Source: a virus (taxonomy: Duplodnaviria; Caudoviricetes). Taken from it: 39,289 nt of DNA. The notes under the pieces were generated by a model. That model did not search any database and had not been told where the DNA came from. It saw only the letters and a program-made list of their open reading frames with translations. The translations under genes were made by a program, and so were the position numbers. The stretch spans positions 1 to 39,289 of the IMG/VR virus record IMGVR_UViG_3300044477_000069. One strand, written 5' to 3'. Numbering within the stretch: the first letter of the stretch is position 1; every line of letters begins with the position of its first letter. Below are positions 23,703 through 33,643 of the stretch, in pieces.

Positions 23703-24915
23703 AAAAAACCACCTGACGGCCAACTGGTAAAATTATAATTTCATTTCCTTTTAGTTTATTATCAGAAATAAACTTTTGAAGCTTTGAAATATCTTTATAA
23801 TATAACCAGCACATTTTTATAGGCGGTATTTCAGATTTTACCGTAATGACTATTTCAGTTTTTAAATTATAAAGATTATCTAAAATATATCTTCTTGATG
23901 TAATTAATGATTCATTGATTCCTGACATTCCTTCAAAATCAAAAACATATCCAACAGAATTACTTGCACCTGAAATACAATCGTTGACGCTCTGCTGGAT
24001 AGTGTCAAGATTTTCTTCGATTGCGATTGCATCGGGCCGATTCTCTAGTATTCCATCGGTTGAAGATTCGGAAGCCCCGGCGGAAAGCCCAAATAATAAC
24101 TGGCAAGCCGTGACAATCTCATTCCACGTAGTTCCTGCGGTTGCCACGGCTTCATCGATTATATTTTTATAAGATTGTATTTTTGATGATACGTAAGAAG
24201 ATGCCGCCCATGGCATTTGAAAAATCTTGTGAACGTTATTTATAAACTTTTCAGGGTCTGAAAAAATCAGGTCAAGATCGTTATTAAAAGTAGTCAAAGC
24301 CGCTTCAAATTCTGCGGATAATGTTGGATCGGCGGTGACATATTTTCTCATTTCATTTGCAAACTTATCAACGATATTTTTAGTGTACGTTTTACTAGTC
24401 GATAGTGCCGTTGCCGTTTGAGTCTGAATTGACGCGACAAAATCCTTGACTGCCGTTATTACGGCCAATTCCGTAATCTGATTTATTTTATCTTTTTTTG
24501 ATTCCGTACTAGTGAGGCCAGTACTTGCATCTGTTGATTTAAACGGGAAAAATTGAATTTGGAAATCAACTCTTCCAATTCCATCCGTCATGCTCTCTTT
24601 TTGCGCCCACGTCATGGGAATTACTTCAATATCGCCCCATCTTGGATGTTGTAATATTCCAGAGCCTTTTTCGGTTAAAGCCAATGCAAGAGAATCGCCT
24701 ATTTCATCGCTATCGTCTCCAATTAAATAACACGAAATAGAAAACGGGGCAGGAGATTCCCCGAGATCCTGTACAATAGCCCGATCCTGTTGAGGTAGAT
24801 CGTGAACGGCTATCTTTTTACTTCCAGAGCGTTCGACATCCGAATATAAAAGAGTAAATTCAATTCCTGAAGGTGATTTATATTTTAATTCTCTAATCCG
24901 ATTAATATTCGGCAT
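23695..24915 (-). CDS. Mu N-like DNA circularization/tail protein
   Basis: AVHDLPQQD...QDLG...G.G.LQHPRWG; LysM-like C-terminus. Confidence 0.85.
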   Translation of the reverse strand: MPNINRIRELKYKSPSGIEFTLLYSDVERSGSKKIAVHDLPQQDRAIVQDLGESPAPFSISCYLIGDDSDEIGDSLALALTEKGSGILQHPRWGDIEVIPMTWAQKESMTDGIGRVDFQIQFFPFKSTDASTGLTSTESKKDKINQITELAVITAVKDFVASIQTQTATALSTSKTYTKNIVDKFANEMRKYVTADPTLSAEFEAALTTFNNDLDLIFSDPEKFINNVHKIFQMPWAASSYVSSKIQSYKNIIDEAVATAGTTWNEIVTACQLLFGLSAGASESSTDGILENRPDAIAIEENLDTIQQSVNDCISGASNSVGYVFDFEGMSGINESLITSRRYILDNLYNLKTEIVITVKSEIPPIKMCWLYYKDISKLQKFISDNKLKGNEIIILPVGRQVVFYV

Positions 24916-24924
24916 AAATCCCCT

Positions 24925-26610
24925 TTATTGTAGCCATGCAGGTTTTCCCATGTTCACATTAATATTAGGAGCCGCCGGGCCAGTCGATTTCATAGAAGTT
25001 CCTACCGGAGGATTATTAAAATTGACATCAAGAGTGTTTTTAGTTGTCGAATTGGATTGTATAGTTTGGGTCTGACTTCCTACTGGATAACCATTCGCCG
25101 CCATTTGAGATTCGAATTTCTTAGTTAACTCATCTCTTTGTGCTTTGTAGTCAACTCCGAAAAACATGCCGACTTTATCCTGGATTCCTACAAACCAATC
25201 AAATACACCTTTGAGCATATCGACGGCGGCCTTTGCGCCTTCTGTCATTCGATCCCATAACCAATTGGCCCCGGAGTCTATTCCTTCCCAAAGTCCGGAG
25301 AAAAAACTTCCTACGCCTTCCCATGCAGCCACAATAAGACCAGCAGCAAACTTGGCAACGGCAACGATTCCATCCCAAACAAATTTTGCAGCGGCCACAA
25401 TTCCATCCCAAATACCAAAAAGAGAATCTTTGAGAAATTTAAAAATACCTGTCAACATATTAATTAATGGTTTTATTACAGACGATAACATCCTGACAAG
25501 CCAAGAAACGGCCTTTAATAAACCGGTAATTAATCCAAAAGCTAAATCTAAAACGGGAGCTAATAATTCAAAAGCTGGCCCTAATAGTTCACCGACTGTC
25601 ATGGCGATATCAATTACAATCGGCAAAAATTCAGCAAACGCGGCCCCGATTTTATTGAGTAATGGCGCGGCGTCTGATAATGCTTTTGTCAATATTTTCC
25701 CTAATCCCTGAACCGCACTCATTAGAGTAGGCAATAAACTTGATGCAATCGGCCCTAGACCACCGAATACGCTAACAAGAGAATCGACAACGCCTGAAAT
25801 CGTGTCACGATTCGCAACCATAAAATCAGTTATATTGACAACCGCATTAGTGACCATCGGCATAAATTTTGAAGCGATTTGATTTCCTATCGCTTTGAAA
25901 CTAGTTTTCATATTTAAAATTTGATCGTTTAATTTTTCTGATGCGTCAAGCGTTTCAGTTCCCATAACATATCCGACACGGTGAGCCTCTTGCGCCAATT
26001 GAGCCATTCCGTCTTTCCCTTCGCCCAAAACATTGACCATTTTAATACCGGATTTTCCAAAAATATCAACGGCGATTTTGGCCTTCATCGATGGATCAGT
26101 GATTCCTTTCATTCCTTCAGCGATCATATTAAGAGCCTGGTCAGGCCCGGCGGCTTTTATTTGTTCGGCTGTCAATCCCATAAGCGATAGGCTTTCTTCG
26201 ATTTCGCTTGTGTCTTTCGATAAGTTTACCGTCAATTTTTTTAGAGCTGTATCCATTTCGTCAACCGTCAGCCCTGAACGTTCACCGATATATCGAAATT
26301 CTTGGAATGCGTCCGTACTCATTCCAAGATATCGCGCGGTTTTCGCTACTTCATCCCCTGCTGTTGATACAGCTTCTGTTAATTTAAAAATACCAATTGC
26401 AGCCGCTCCAGCCGCCGCGCCAATCGCGCCAATTCCTAAAGCTATTGGCTTTGCTACCTTACCAACTGCGGAGAAACCTTCTTTCATTTTTTTTGTAAAA
26501 TCGTTGACTTTGGTTCCGGCTTTAGTAACATTTTTAGTTATTAATCCAATAGGGCCAGTCATCCCGTCGAGTGCTTTAAACATTGTTGAAACTACAAATT
26601 TTGTAGCCAC
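24925..26610 (-). CDS. Tape measure protein
   Basis: Long Ala/Gly-rich helical protein with W-spaced repeats, after the chaperone gene; RBS GGAGGT, GTG start. Confidence 0.9.
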   Translation of the reverse strand: MATKFVVSTMFKALDGMTGPIGLITKNVTKAGTKVNDFTKKMKEGFSAVGKVAKPIALGIGAIGAAAGAAAIGIFKLTEAVSTAGDEVAKTARYLGMSTDAFQEFRYIGERSGLTVDEMDTALKKLTVNLSKDTSEIEESLSLMGLTAEQIKAAGPDQALNMIAEGMKGITDPSMKAKIAVDIFGKSGIKMVNVLGEGKDGMAQLAQEAHRVGYVMGTETLDASEKLNDQILNMKTSFKAIGNQIASKFMPMVTNAVVNITDFMVANRDTISGVVDSLVSVFGGLGPIASSLLPTLMSAVQGLGKILTKALSDAAPLLNKIGAAFAEFLPIVIDIAMTVGELLGPAFELLAPVLDLAFGLITGLLKAVSWLVRMLSSVIKPLINMLTGIFKFLKDSLFGIWDGIVAAAKFVWDGIVAVAKFAAGLIVAAWEGVGSFFSGLWEGIDSGANWLWDRMTEGAKAAVDMLKGVFDWFVGIQDKVGMFFGVDYKAQRDELTKKFESQMAANGYPVGSQTQTIQSNSTTKNTLDVNFNNPPVGTSMKSTGPAAPNINVNMGKPAWLQ

Positions 26611-26621
26611 GGGATAACCTC

Positions 26622-26830
26622 CTATTTTTTATCAGGATTAAGAGCTTGCCGCTCTTCTTTACAAATCACCGCGTGCCCTTCATACCAAAATATCAATCGC
26701 GTAATTTTCATGGATCGAATTTCAGAATCCGGAAAGTGGAACCGTGAAGCCACGGCCCACTGCATCCGATCCAATCTTTCCGGCCATCTTGAATGCCAAA
26801 CCGCACTAGATGGCCCCGTTAGAAAAAAAA
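26622..26830 (-). CDS. -1 frameshift extension of tail assembly chaperone (GT/E'-like)
   Basis: Slippery A TTT TTT TTC; -1 frame open: FFLTGPSSAVWHSRWPERLDRMQWAVASRFHFPDSEIRSMKITRLIFWYE...KK*, ending at the tape-measure RBS. Confidence 0.8.
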
Positions 26831-27208
26831 TCCTACTAGCGCCCCAACTGTTGAAAAATCTCTGGACTTAAGACGTTCGATAACTCCGACAGGCTGGCCA
26901 GTCATTAATGAAATCATAAAAGCCGTCATCTCGAATTCTTTTGATCGATCCATCTTGTCCAGGTTTTCCATCTGCCTGACATCTGGCTCTTTGATTTCCA
27001 GCCGATCAATTGCAGAACCGTTTTCTAGTTGAACCGGCTTAATCAATTCGATGATCATTGTTTCCGTTTCTTCGTTTAGCGTAATACGCCCGTCCATTAT
27101 TCCGGAAATCAATTTGTTTTTAAATGAAGGATCGATATTCTCGATCCTCCAAAATTTCAGCATCTTGTTTAGTTCTTGTTCCGCCGCTTTCTTTTCAATA
27201 TTAGCCAT
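26819..27208 (-). CDS. Tail assembly chaperone (Mu gp41/P2 E-like)
   Basis: IELIKPV...LEIKEP...IERLKSRDF; between tube and tape measure. Confidence 0.85.
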   Translation of the reverse strand: MANIEKKAAEQELNKMLKFWRIENIDPSFKNKLISGIMDGRITLNEETETMIIELIKPVQLENGSAIDRLEIKEPDVRQMENLDKMDRSKEFEMTAFMISLMTGQPVGVIERLKSRDFSTVGALVGFFF

Positions 27209-27218
27209 AAGTCACCTT

Positions 27219-27599
27219 TTAGATTTTTTCGATTTTTGATCCGCTTACGGACAGATCAATTGATCCGTCCGATGTTTTTTTGACTACCGGGCCAGTGATA
27301 AAAACTGATCCGGAATAGACGATTCCATTGGCTTGTGTCAAAGACATTGGAACGGTTTTCCCGCTGTCCGATAAATCTTTGAGTGCCTGGAAATCTCCGT
27401 TTTCATCATCGGCAATTATGGCAAGACCTGTCATGCTTGCCGGAACTCTTTTTTGAGTTGCACCGACATTGCCATTTCCTGACGTGATTGCTTCATTTTC
27501 AAAACCGCCGAGATTTATTTCAACTTCAGATTCCGATTTGACATCGTAATTTCTACCCTCAAGGGTGAACTGTCGAATGTCTCCGCCTTTTACTGTCAT
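27219..27599 (-). CDS. Tail tube protein
   Basis: 126 aa directly after sheath; beta-rich, L.QANG.VYSG. Confidence 0.75.
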   Translation of the reverse strand: MTVKGGDIRQFTLEGRNYDVKSESEVEINLGGFENEAITSGNGNVGATQKRVPASMTGLAIIADDENGDFQALKDLSDSGKTVPMSLTQANGIVYSGSVFITGPVVKKTSDGSIDLSVSGSKIEKI

Positions 27600-27612
27600 A
27601 ATTCACCTTCCC

Positions 27613-29082
27613 TTAAGCGGCCTGAAAGGCCCAATTGTATTTGATTGCAACAATCCGCAATCCGACGGAAATAATATCCGGAATCAAAATGTCGATCCTG
27701 CCCGGATTAAGCGCGTTGATTTCCGTAACGATACCGGCGACAATCGCATCGCGTTCTTTGCTCCATCCCTGGGAAATCCAGTAATCGACAAGAGAAATCG
27801 CGTAGGATTTCGCTTTGACAGGGCTGATCGCGTACGGCTTCGACGTAATCGCATTGTCATCGACAACAATCCCGCGATTAAACGGCTCCGATCCGAAAAC
27901 GGAATCCATGCTGTAATACTTCGCCTGGATGTTTGTAATCGTCACGGCATAGCGCCAAGAATCATCAGCCGCCCCGTATTCGTTCGTGGTATAGGTATTC
28001 AAAAGATCATGAATATAAACCGCTCCATTAATCAATTTGAACGCCGACCCGCCGATCAATTCGATGGCGTCCTTTTCCGATCCTGTCCATTCCGCTCCGG
28101 TTCCCGGCATAATATCGTAAAGCAGCAAATCCTTGAACGGACGGGCCGGATCACGTTGAGCCGAAGCCGCGCAAGCGCCAGCAACCGATGCGGCGATTTC
28201 TGCGGGATGATTCGGGCTTCCTTCAACTGGCATCGAAGTTGACCAAGGAGAATTCCGACTTCCGAGCCATGTGATGTAGTTCGCTTTCGTGTCATTGTAA
28301 CCGACGACGCCGACAAACGGCTTCTTGACGGAATCGCCGATTCTTACAACCCCGGCAGCTTCCAGAAGATCCAAAGATCCATCTTCATTAAACGGACAGA
28401 CAACGAATGTATAAAACGTGTCTCCGAAGTTTGCCAGAGCCGTCGCGATTGAAGGGTTTGCAGATCCGCCCGCCATGTCTACGATTGCAAACGTGCATCC
28501 GCCGGGGGCAATGCTGGAATCTCCCGATCCTAAATCGGCTTCGATTGTAATCTGATTTGCCGATAATCCCGTCCATTTCGCGGTCAGAGTGACCACATTG
28601 TCAACGGCGGCGGCAGTGACGGGCAAAGAAGTATCCGCGTTTACAGCGGTTACAATCAAAGCCGCAATTGCGTTTGCACTCAAACCGGCGGCGATTATGA
28701 CAGGAACTTTCTTCCCGGCAATGTAAAAGTTTTTTGTTCCTGCCGTTACGGTTGTTACCGCGACTGTAATCGTCCCCGTGCTTGACCCTGTACCGGCAGC
28801 CAATGGGAACCAATAAACATCAATCAAGGCCGATCCGATTGCTCCAAAAAGTTTTTGGAACATTCGATGCGCCATTGATCCAAGCCCTGCGCGGTCTGCG
28901 GCATCATCGACGCTTTCAATTTTTACGCCGACATTTTCTGTCGGAGTTTTTCCGGAATTATAATGCGCAAGAACTGCCACCTTCTGCGGAATAGGGCCAG
29001 ATACTCCGGTTTTGCGAAATTTATTTTCTATAAATGTCGCCGATGCGATTGCGTTGTCATTAACAGTTTCAAACGTAATCAT
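27613..29082 (-). CDS. Tail sheath protein (Mu L-like)
   Basis: G.GSMAHRM, LPVTA....VVTLTAKW.G..N.I, GGSANP, DPARP motifs. Confidence 0.92.
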   Translation of the reverse strand: MITFETVNDNAIASATFIENKFRKTGVSGPIPQKVAVLAHYNSGKTPTENVGVKIESVDDAADRAGLGSMAHRMFQKLFGAIGSALIDVYWFPLAAGTGSSTGTITVAVTTVTAGTKNFYIAGKKVPVIIAAGLSANAIAALIVTAVNADTSLPVTAAAVDNVVTLTAKWTGLSANQITIEADLGSGDSSIAPGGCTFAIVDMAGGSANPSIATALANFGDTFYTFVVCPFNEDGSLDLLEAAGVVRIGDSVKKPFVGVVGYNDTKANYITWLGSRNSPWSTSMPVEGSPNHPAEIAASVAGACAASAQRDPARPFKDLLLYDIMPGTGAEWTGSEKDAIELIGGSAFKLINGAVYIHDLLNTYTTNEYGAADDSWRYAVTITNIQAKYYSMDSVFGSEPFNRGIVVDDNAITSKPYAISPVKAKSYAISLVDYWISQGWSKERDAIVAGIVTEINALNPGRIDILIPDIISVGLRIVAIKYNWAFQAA

Positions 29083-29083
29083 T

Positions 29084-29671
29084 CTATGATCCTCCGTATG
29101 TGTATTTTGCGGCCCATAAAGAAGCCGTTTCTTTTGTCACCGAAACCTGTATTTGATTTAATGGAACGCCTTCAATGTCTTCGGCTTTCCAGTCATTTCC
29201 TAATTTAAAAATCCATCTGCCAGCGACAACGGGAGTTTCTATTTCATCTTCTTTAGGATTAAAGAATTGCCATGAAGGCCATTCCTTAGATGATATTGTT
29301 CCCATTGGAAAATTTAAATCCGCATTAATTAATTTAAACAATCCGTATTTTACTTGTTCTTTTAAATAATAAAGACGGCTCATAGCAACGGAATCATCAA
29401 TGATCGAATCGTCGCCCCTTGTATAAAGATCGGCATAAAATGTTGTTATATCTTGGCTATATAATTTTGATCCTTTCGATGCCGTATCCGTTGACGGTGA
29501 ATAAAGATTTACAAAAGGAAACATCCTGCTTTCAATCGGACTGATATGATCACGGGCTACATTAAAACCGATGCCAGCCTCTTCCAATTCTTGTTCGGCG
29601 GAAAAAATCTGCAATGCAATCAAGAGATTATCTAAAGCTAAATCGTCGAATCCTCTTGATATTTTTGCCAC
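29084..29671 (-). CDS. Putative tail terminator/completion protein
   Basis: Immediately upstream of sheath; FPFVNLY; GTG 29671 with RBS GAGGGG. Confidence 0.55.
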   Translation of the reverse strand: MAKISRGFDDLALDNLLIALQIFSAEQELEEAGIGFNVARDHISPIESRMFPFVNLYSPSTDTASKGSKLYSQDITTFYADLYTRGDDSIIDDSVAMSRLYYLKEQVKYGLFKLINADLNFPMGTISSKEWPSWQFFNPKEDEIETPVVAGRWIFKLGNDWKAEDIEGVPLNQIQVSVTKETASLWAAKYTYGGS

Positions 29672-29672
29672 T

Positions 29673-30038
29673 TCATCCCCTCTTAAAAAACATTGTAGCA
29701 CGTCCAAGGCTTTTGTCAAATATCGGTTTCATTATTTTCGCCGTTATTGTTTCGCCCGTAATGTCTTTGACTGATACAGTCCATCGTGAATCAAGAACAT
29801 TCCCGCCAAGCGAAGAAATGCGGACAGTCACCGACGAAGTATCGCCGGGAACTTGCAAACCAGTATCAGGATCAAAAAAAGTTCCTATCCGATTATAAAT
29901 CCCGTTTACATTTATGACCGTAGCCTCGGAATATTCATCGACCGGCGGAAGTGTAAAAGTAATAGGAACCGCGAATCCATTATCGGCGTCCTCAATTACA
30001 ATTTCCCCGTCCGCTTCGGCCAATGTTTTTAAGTTCAT
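29673..30038 (-). CDS. Putative head-tail joining protein (FII-like)
   Basis: Size, beta-rich sequence, synteny. Confidence 0.55.
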   Translation of the reverse strand: MNLKTLAEADGEIVIEDADNGFAVPITFTLPPVDEYSEATVINVNGIYNRIGTFFDPDTGLQVPGDTSSVTVRISSLGGNVLDSRWTVSVKDITGETITAKIMKPIFDKSLGRATMFFKRG

Positions 30039-30223
30039 TTGTGATTCCTTAATTTTATTTCGGAATCAGGCTTTACGGTTTCGATTTTTTCAATCATTCC
30101 GTTTTCAAGAAATACTGCAATTTCTGATGCCGGAATTGATCCTATCGGGATAATCGTTCCCGCTTCAAATCTTTGTTTTCGTCTTGTCAAAGTTGCATTT
30201 TTTGCGACTCTGTACTGACTCAT
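30035..30223 (-). CDS. Small head-associated protein
   Basis: YRV...FEAG.II...FLENGMIE pattern typical of small post-capsid genes; ATGA overlaps. Confidence 0.55.
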   Translation of the reverse strand: MSQYRVAKNATLTRRKQRFEAGTIIPIGSIPASEIAVFLENGMIEKIETVKPDSEIKLRNHK

Positions 30224-30990
30224 TTTGATGCCTTCTTTTCATCCTGGATTTTTACTTCTGGATTCTTTTCATCCTGGATTTTTACGGCCTGACCTTTCCC
30301 GATAATGATATTTGCAACGGATTCACGCATTTCGGTCTGGTATCCGTTAGGAAATTTGACTTTGATTTTTTTTTCTTCTGATTTTTGAACCGGCATATAA
30401 AACTCCTCATATGTTTTTTTGAAAGTCTCATTTTCAAGATGAGGCTTTCTTGAACGATAGAGCCTTGAATATTCCTTGGCAATTTGTGGATTATTAATCA
30501 CTTTAGAAATAAATTCCTTGTGATCATGTCCCCAAAATTTAATGGAATCAAGGCCCCATTCTTGCAAAATTTCTGCCCAGCGATTAACCCAAGATGTTTT
30601 GTCAACATAACGATGCTCAGGCGCGTAAACATCCGGGCCGCCTAAATCAAAACCGACAACTTCAATTTTAAAACCAAGATGAAGAGCTTCACATATTAAA
30701 GTTGTCCCGGAATCCCTCTGCCATTTCGGCCCGACGGAAAACATTTTCCAATCAGGCCGTTTTTTAGCAATTGGCCCCGCGTAAATTTCAAAATTACAAC
30801 CGTATTGATCCTTCCAGTTTTGCGCCTCTAATAAGCAAACTTGATGACCATTTAAGCGCGTCAGTTTTTCGGAAAACTCCCAGAATGCGTAATTACTAGC
30901 CCAGACATCGCCTTTAAAATCAAGAATCTGTTTTGTATACGCAAGCCGGGAAATTCCATTCCCGACAATCAATACGGTTGAATTATCCAT
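30220..30990 (-). CDS. Glycosyltransferase GT29/42- or MAF/DUF115-like domain protein with short C-terminal appendage
   Basis: VLIVGNGISR...WASN...DSG...ALHLGF.IEVVGFDL motif series. Confidence 0.6.
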   Translation of the reverse strand: MDNSTVLIVGNGISRLAYTKQILDFKGDVWASNYAFWEFSEKLTRLNGHQVCLLEAQNWKDQYGCNFEIYAGPIAKKRPDWKMFSVGPKWQRDSGTTLICEALHLGFKIEVVGFDLGGPDVYAPEHRYVDKTSWVNRWAEILQEWGLDSIKFWGHDHKEFISKVINNPQIAKEYSRLYRSRKPHLENETFKKTYEEFYMPVQKSEEKKIKVKFPNGYQTEMRESVANIIIGKGQAVKIQDEKNPEVKIQDEKKASK

Positions 30991-31890
30991 TTAGGAGTTT
31001 ACAACCTTAACGGCGAGATGAGGCAATCCGTAACCGCCATCACCGCGATAATCGGCAGACCATACCCATGTTTTTGTCAGATTCTTTTTTTCAAATCTGT
31101 TTTTCGCGGTCTGTCTTAGGGAAATGACAAGAGGCTGCATGATTTCGTTCGTTGCCAACATATACCAGTCATTGGCATCGGCGGCATCAAGTCGAGGATC
31201 GGCGACAACTACGAATTTTCCGCCAAACGGATTATAGGTATTTGTTCCGCCTGTTGCCGTAGGATCTGCGGTAGAACTTACCAGCCGATTGAAGTTATCT
31301 TCCATCGCCACGGGGCAAACGATCATGCTTCCCTTGATATTCAGGGTTTCGCCGTTATCGTCTGTGAACTTTGCCATGGCAACTTTTGCAGAAGAAATAT
31401 CAGCGGCTATTTGGGCGAGAGTTGTTCCCGTACCACCCAGAAGATTGTCAATCGTTCTTTTTCCGGATGCATTCGAGAAGAAAGCTATGCCGTCAAAAGC
31501 AAGTCCGCTTGTTCCATTGATCAAAAGATTAATGGCTAAGGATTCGATATGCGACAAAAGACGCTTGGCAAGCATCGCCGGAAATTTCCCATAGATGCCG
31601 AGCTGATCATCGTCAACGTCATTTTCGTTGACAAGGATCGAAGTTGCCCAGTCTTTATTTTTCACGGCGTATTCGTAGCTTTCGAATTCTTTTGCATTCA
31701 ATTCGCCAAGCCACTGTTGGACAACCGGCATCGATCCGACCCATCCTAGTTTTTCATAGGCTCCGGTCGACATGATTTCCAAAACGGCGCGCATGATTCC
31801 GGGAGCCAGTTGTCTGGCTGCGAAAAAATCGACCATCGCCTGTGCAAATTTTGCATTGAGGCCTTTTTCAATTGCGATAGGATTAAACAT
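30991..31890 (-). CDS. Major capsid protein (Mu gpT-like)
   Basis: STG.YEKLGWVG.MP...W.GE...Y.VKNKDW..SI.V.END.DDDQLGIY; DG.AFF. Confidence 0.9.
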   Translation of the reverse strand: MFNPIAIEKGLNAKFAQAMVDFFAARQLAPGIMRAVLEIMSTGAYEKLGWVGSMPVVQQWLGELNAKEFESYEYAVKNKDWATSILVNENDVDDDQLGIYGKFPAMLAKRLLSHIESLAINLLINGTSGLAFDGIAFFSNASGKRTIDNLLGGTGTTLAQIAADISSAKVAMAKFTDDNGETLNIKGSMIVCPVAMEDNFNRLVSSTADPTATGGTNTYNPFGGKFVVVADPRLDAADANDWYMLATNEIMQPLVISLRQTAKNRFEKKNLTKTWVWSADYRGDGGYGLPHLAVKVVNS

Positions 31891-31904
31891 TTCTCAAAAC
31901 CTCC

Positions 31905-32336
31905 TTATGCGATCCTGTCTGGATTTCTGAAATCGAACAGGAGATATCCCGTTTTGAAATCCAAAGCGCGATAACCGACGGTTTTTGATCCGGCCGTTTT
32001 TGTCATTGTTTCGTCGTCAAAGACGTAATGAATTACGCCGACATCGGTTTGAGCGCAACCAGAAACGGGAATCCATGCTTTTCCGCGTCTTAGTACGGCT
32101 CTCGGATAAGTAGACGCGCCAACCGTTTTGGCGTCGACCCTGTCCCCGTCTCCGTAGATACCGGAAATAATTCCTGCGACTTCGAGATTTGCGGCGTCAG
32201 AAGGCGCGGCAGCATATCCAGAAGTGTAAACAAGAATCCCACCCTTATAATAAATATCAGAGGCGGCGACTTTCGGAGAAATTTCTTCTTGTTCCCCTAC
32301 AAATTCGATGATTCGAGATGCTGTCAATGCGGACAT
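31905..32336 (-). CDS. Capsid cement/decoration protein
   Basis: MSALTASR...VAA...IYYKGG...GYA.P...DVG...YV.DDET; directly before the capsid gene. Confidence 0.7.
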   Translation of the reverse strand: MSALTASRIIEFVGEQEEISPKVAASDIYYKGGILVYTSGYAAAPSDAANLEVAGIISGIYGDGDRVDAKTVGASTYPRAVLRRGKAWIPVSGCAQTDVGVIHYVFDDETMTKTAGSKTVGYRALDFKTGYLLFDFRNPDRIA

Positions 32337-32728
32337 TATTTCACCTCCCGATAATTTCCGGAATCAGCGAGTTCAGAATATTTTTTATATTCTTCGACGC
32401 TCATTCCTGCCATTTTTGCGGCGGCCTTATCATCTTCGGAAAATCCCTGATAAGTTCCCGATGCGACATCCGGAGCATTTTCCAATGCGGATTCCGGAGT
32501 TTTTCCTTTTGCGGCTGAGGCTTGAAGGCGTGCGGCCACTTCATCATAAGTTTTTCCGCTTGCAATTGCCTCTTCCGCAATTAATGCAGTTTCCGCGTTG
32601 ACGTTTTTCCAATGGGAAAAATCTTCGCGGCGTTTTCTTTCTGCCTGGATTCCTTCTTTCTTGCCGACTTCGACAGCCTGAGCGTACAGATTGGGATTTT
32701 CGGCTTTCAGTTCATCAAGAGTATTCAC
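32336..32728 (-). CDS. Nested scaffold protein (Nu3-like internal start)
   Basis: In-frame GTG at 32728 with RBS AAGGGAG; TLDELKAENP.LY...G...ER.R. Confidence 0.6.
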   Translation of the reverse strand: MNTLDELKAENPNLYAQAVEVGKKEGIQAERKRREDFSHWKNVNAETALIAEEAIASGKTYDEVAARLQASAAKGKTPESALENAPDVASGTYQGFSEDDKAAAKMAGMSVEEYKKYSELADSGNYREVK

Positions 32729-33643
32729 TGTTCTTACTCCCTTATTTTTTTTGGCCGGTAATCCGGCTGTCTCATCAACGATGAGGATATTTTTATTTTC
32801 ACGACGATCAATCTTTTCATTTTTTACAGAATCAATCATTCCAGCCTTAACGGCATCGGCGGCCAACAATAAGCCGCCTCTTCCAAATTTTTTATTGACT
32901 GTTTCCTCGGATACATTTCTACCGGTGGATACTCGGGAAACAAATACTTTATGGATCTGATCAAGTTGAGCGACAACTTTTTTTCTCCCTTCATCCGTAT
33001 TTGTATCGGCATATTTTTCAGGGGCATCGGTTGACGTATAAACATTATGCTTAATTCCTTGAGCTGCAAGTCCCGCGTCATCGTTGTATTCCTCACAAAT
33101 AACGCCAATCGATCCGATTCTTGACAGAGGGCCTAGTGCTTCGAGTTCATCCATCTGCGAAGAAATCCAAAAGGCCGCCGATGCGCACATGTCGGAAATA
33201 TATCCTTTCGTATTCAACGGAGTTTTTGCAATCGCTTGCGCAACTTCATCAACTCCCTGGACATAACCGCCCGGAGAATTAATCAAAAAATCAATTCCCA
33301 TTATTGACTCGTCAGATTCGGCGGCTTTGATTGCCGATGTAATAAATCCGTATTCAGTCAATGCGTTTGCCGTATAGGCTCCGCATATATCTTTTTCAGC
33401 TATCGGCGTAAGTTGCCCGACAATTGGAATTTGAGCGCGTCCGTTGACTATTTTTAATTCAATTTTTTCGTTCCCATGAGGTTGTAAAAATATATTACCG
33501 GCCTTTGACATTTCTTCGATAAATTCTTTTTTTGCTTTTATGATTTCATCGTGAGTCATTCGGCTGGCCATGCTGGAAATTTCCGCACTGTCAATCTTGA
33601 GCTGATCGAAATGCGCTTTTTCCATCAAATAGATTTTCATCAT
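32336..33643 (-). CDS. S49-family head maturation protease with C-terminal scaffold
   Basis: INSPGG, CASAAFWI, IGSIGV, AVKAGMID. Confidence 0.92.
   Translation of the reverse strand: MMKIYLMEKAHFDQLKIDSAEISSMASRMTHDEIIKAKKEFIEEMSKAGNIFLQPHGNEKIELKIVNGRAQIPIVGQLTPIAEKDICGAYTANALTEYGFITSAIKAAESDESIMGIDFLINSPGGYVQGVDEVAQAIAKTPLNTKGYISDMCASAAFWISSQMDELEALGPLSRIGSIGVICEEYNDDAGLAAQGIKHNVYTSTDAPEKYADTNTDEGRKKVVAQLDQIHKVFVSRVSTGRNVSEETVNKKFGRGGLLLAADAVKAGMIDSVKNEKIDRRENKNILIVDETAGLPAKKNKGVRTVNTLDELKAENPNLYAQAVEVGKKEGIQAERKRREDFSHWKNVNAETALIAEEAIASGKTYDEVAARLQASAAKGKTPESALENAPDVASGTYQGFSEDDKAAAKMAGMSVEEYKKYSELADSGNYREVK

Noticed and set aside
23695-24915. Mu N-like gene as evidence of a transposable phage
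   Set aside because: No transposase A/B or host-DNA ends; N homologs are tail components in non-transposable myophages
25166-28242. Long plus-strand ORFs antisense to tape measure, tube and sheath genes
   Set aside because: Typical antisense shadows of real genes; no RBS or recognisable motifs
27613-29082. Visibly higher GC in the sheath gene as a sign of recent transfer
   Set aside because: The capsid gene shows a similar bias; codon choice in highly expressed Ala/Gly-rich proteins explains it, and I could not quantify it
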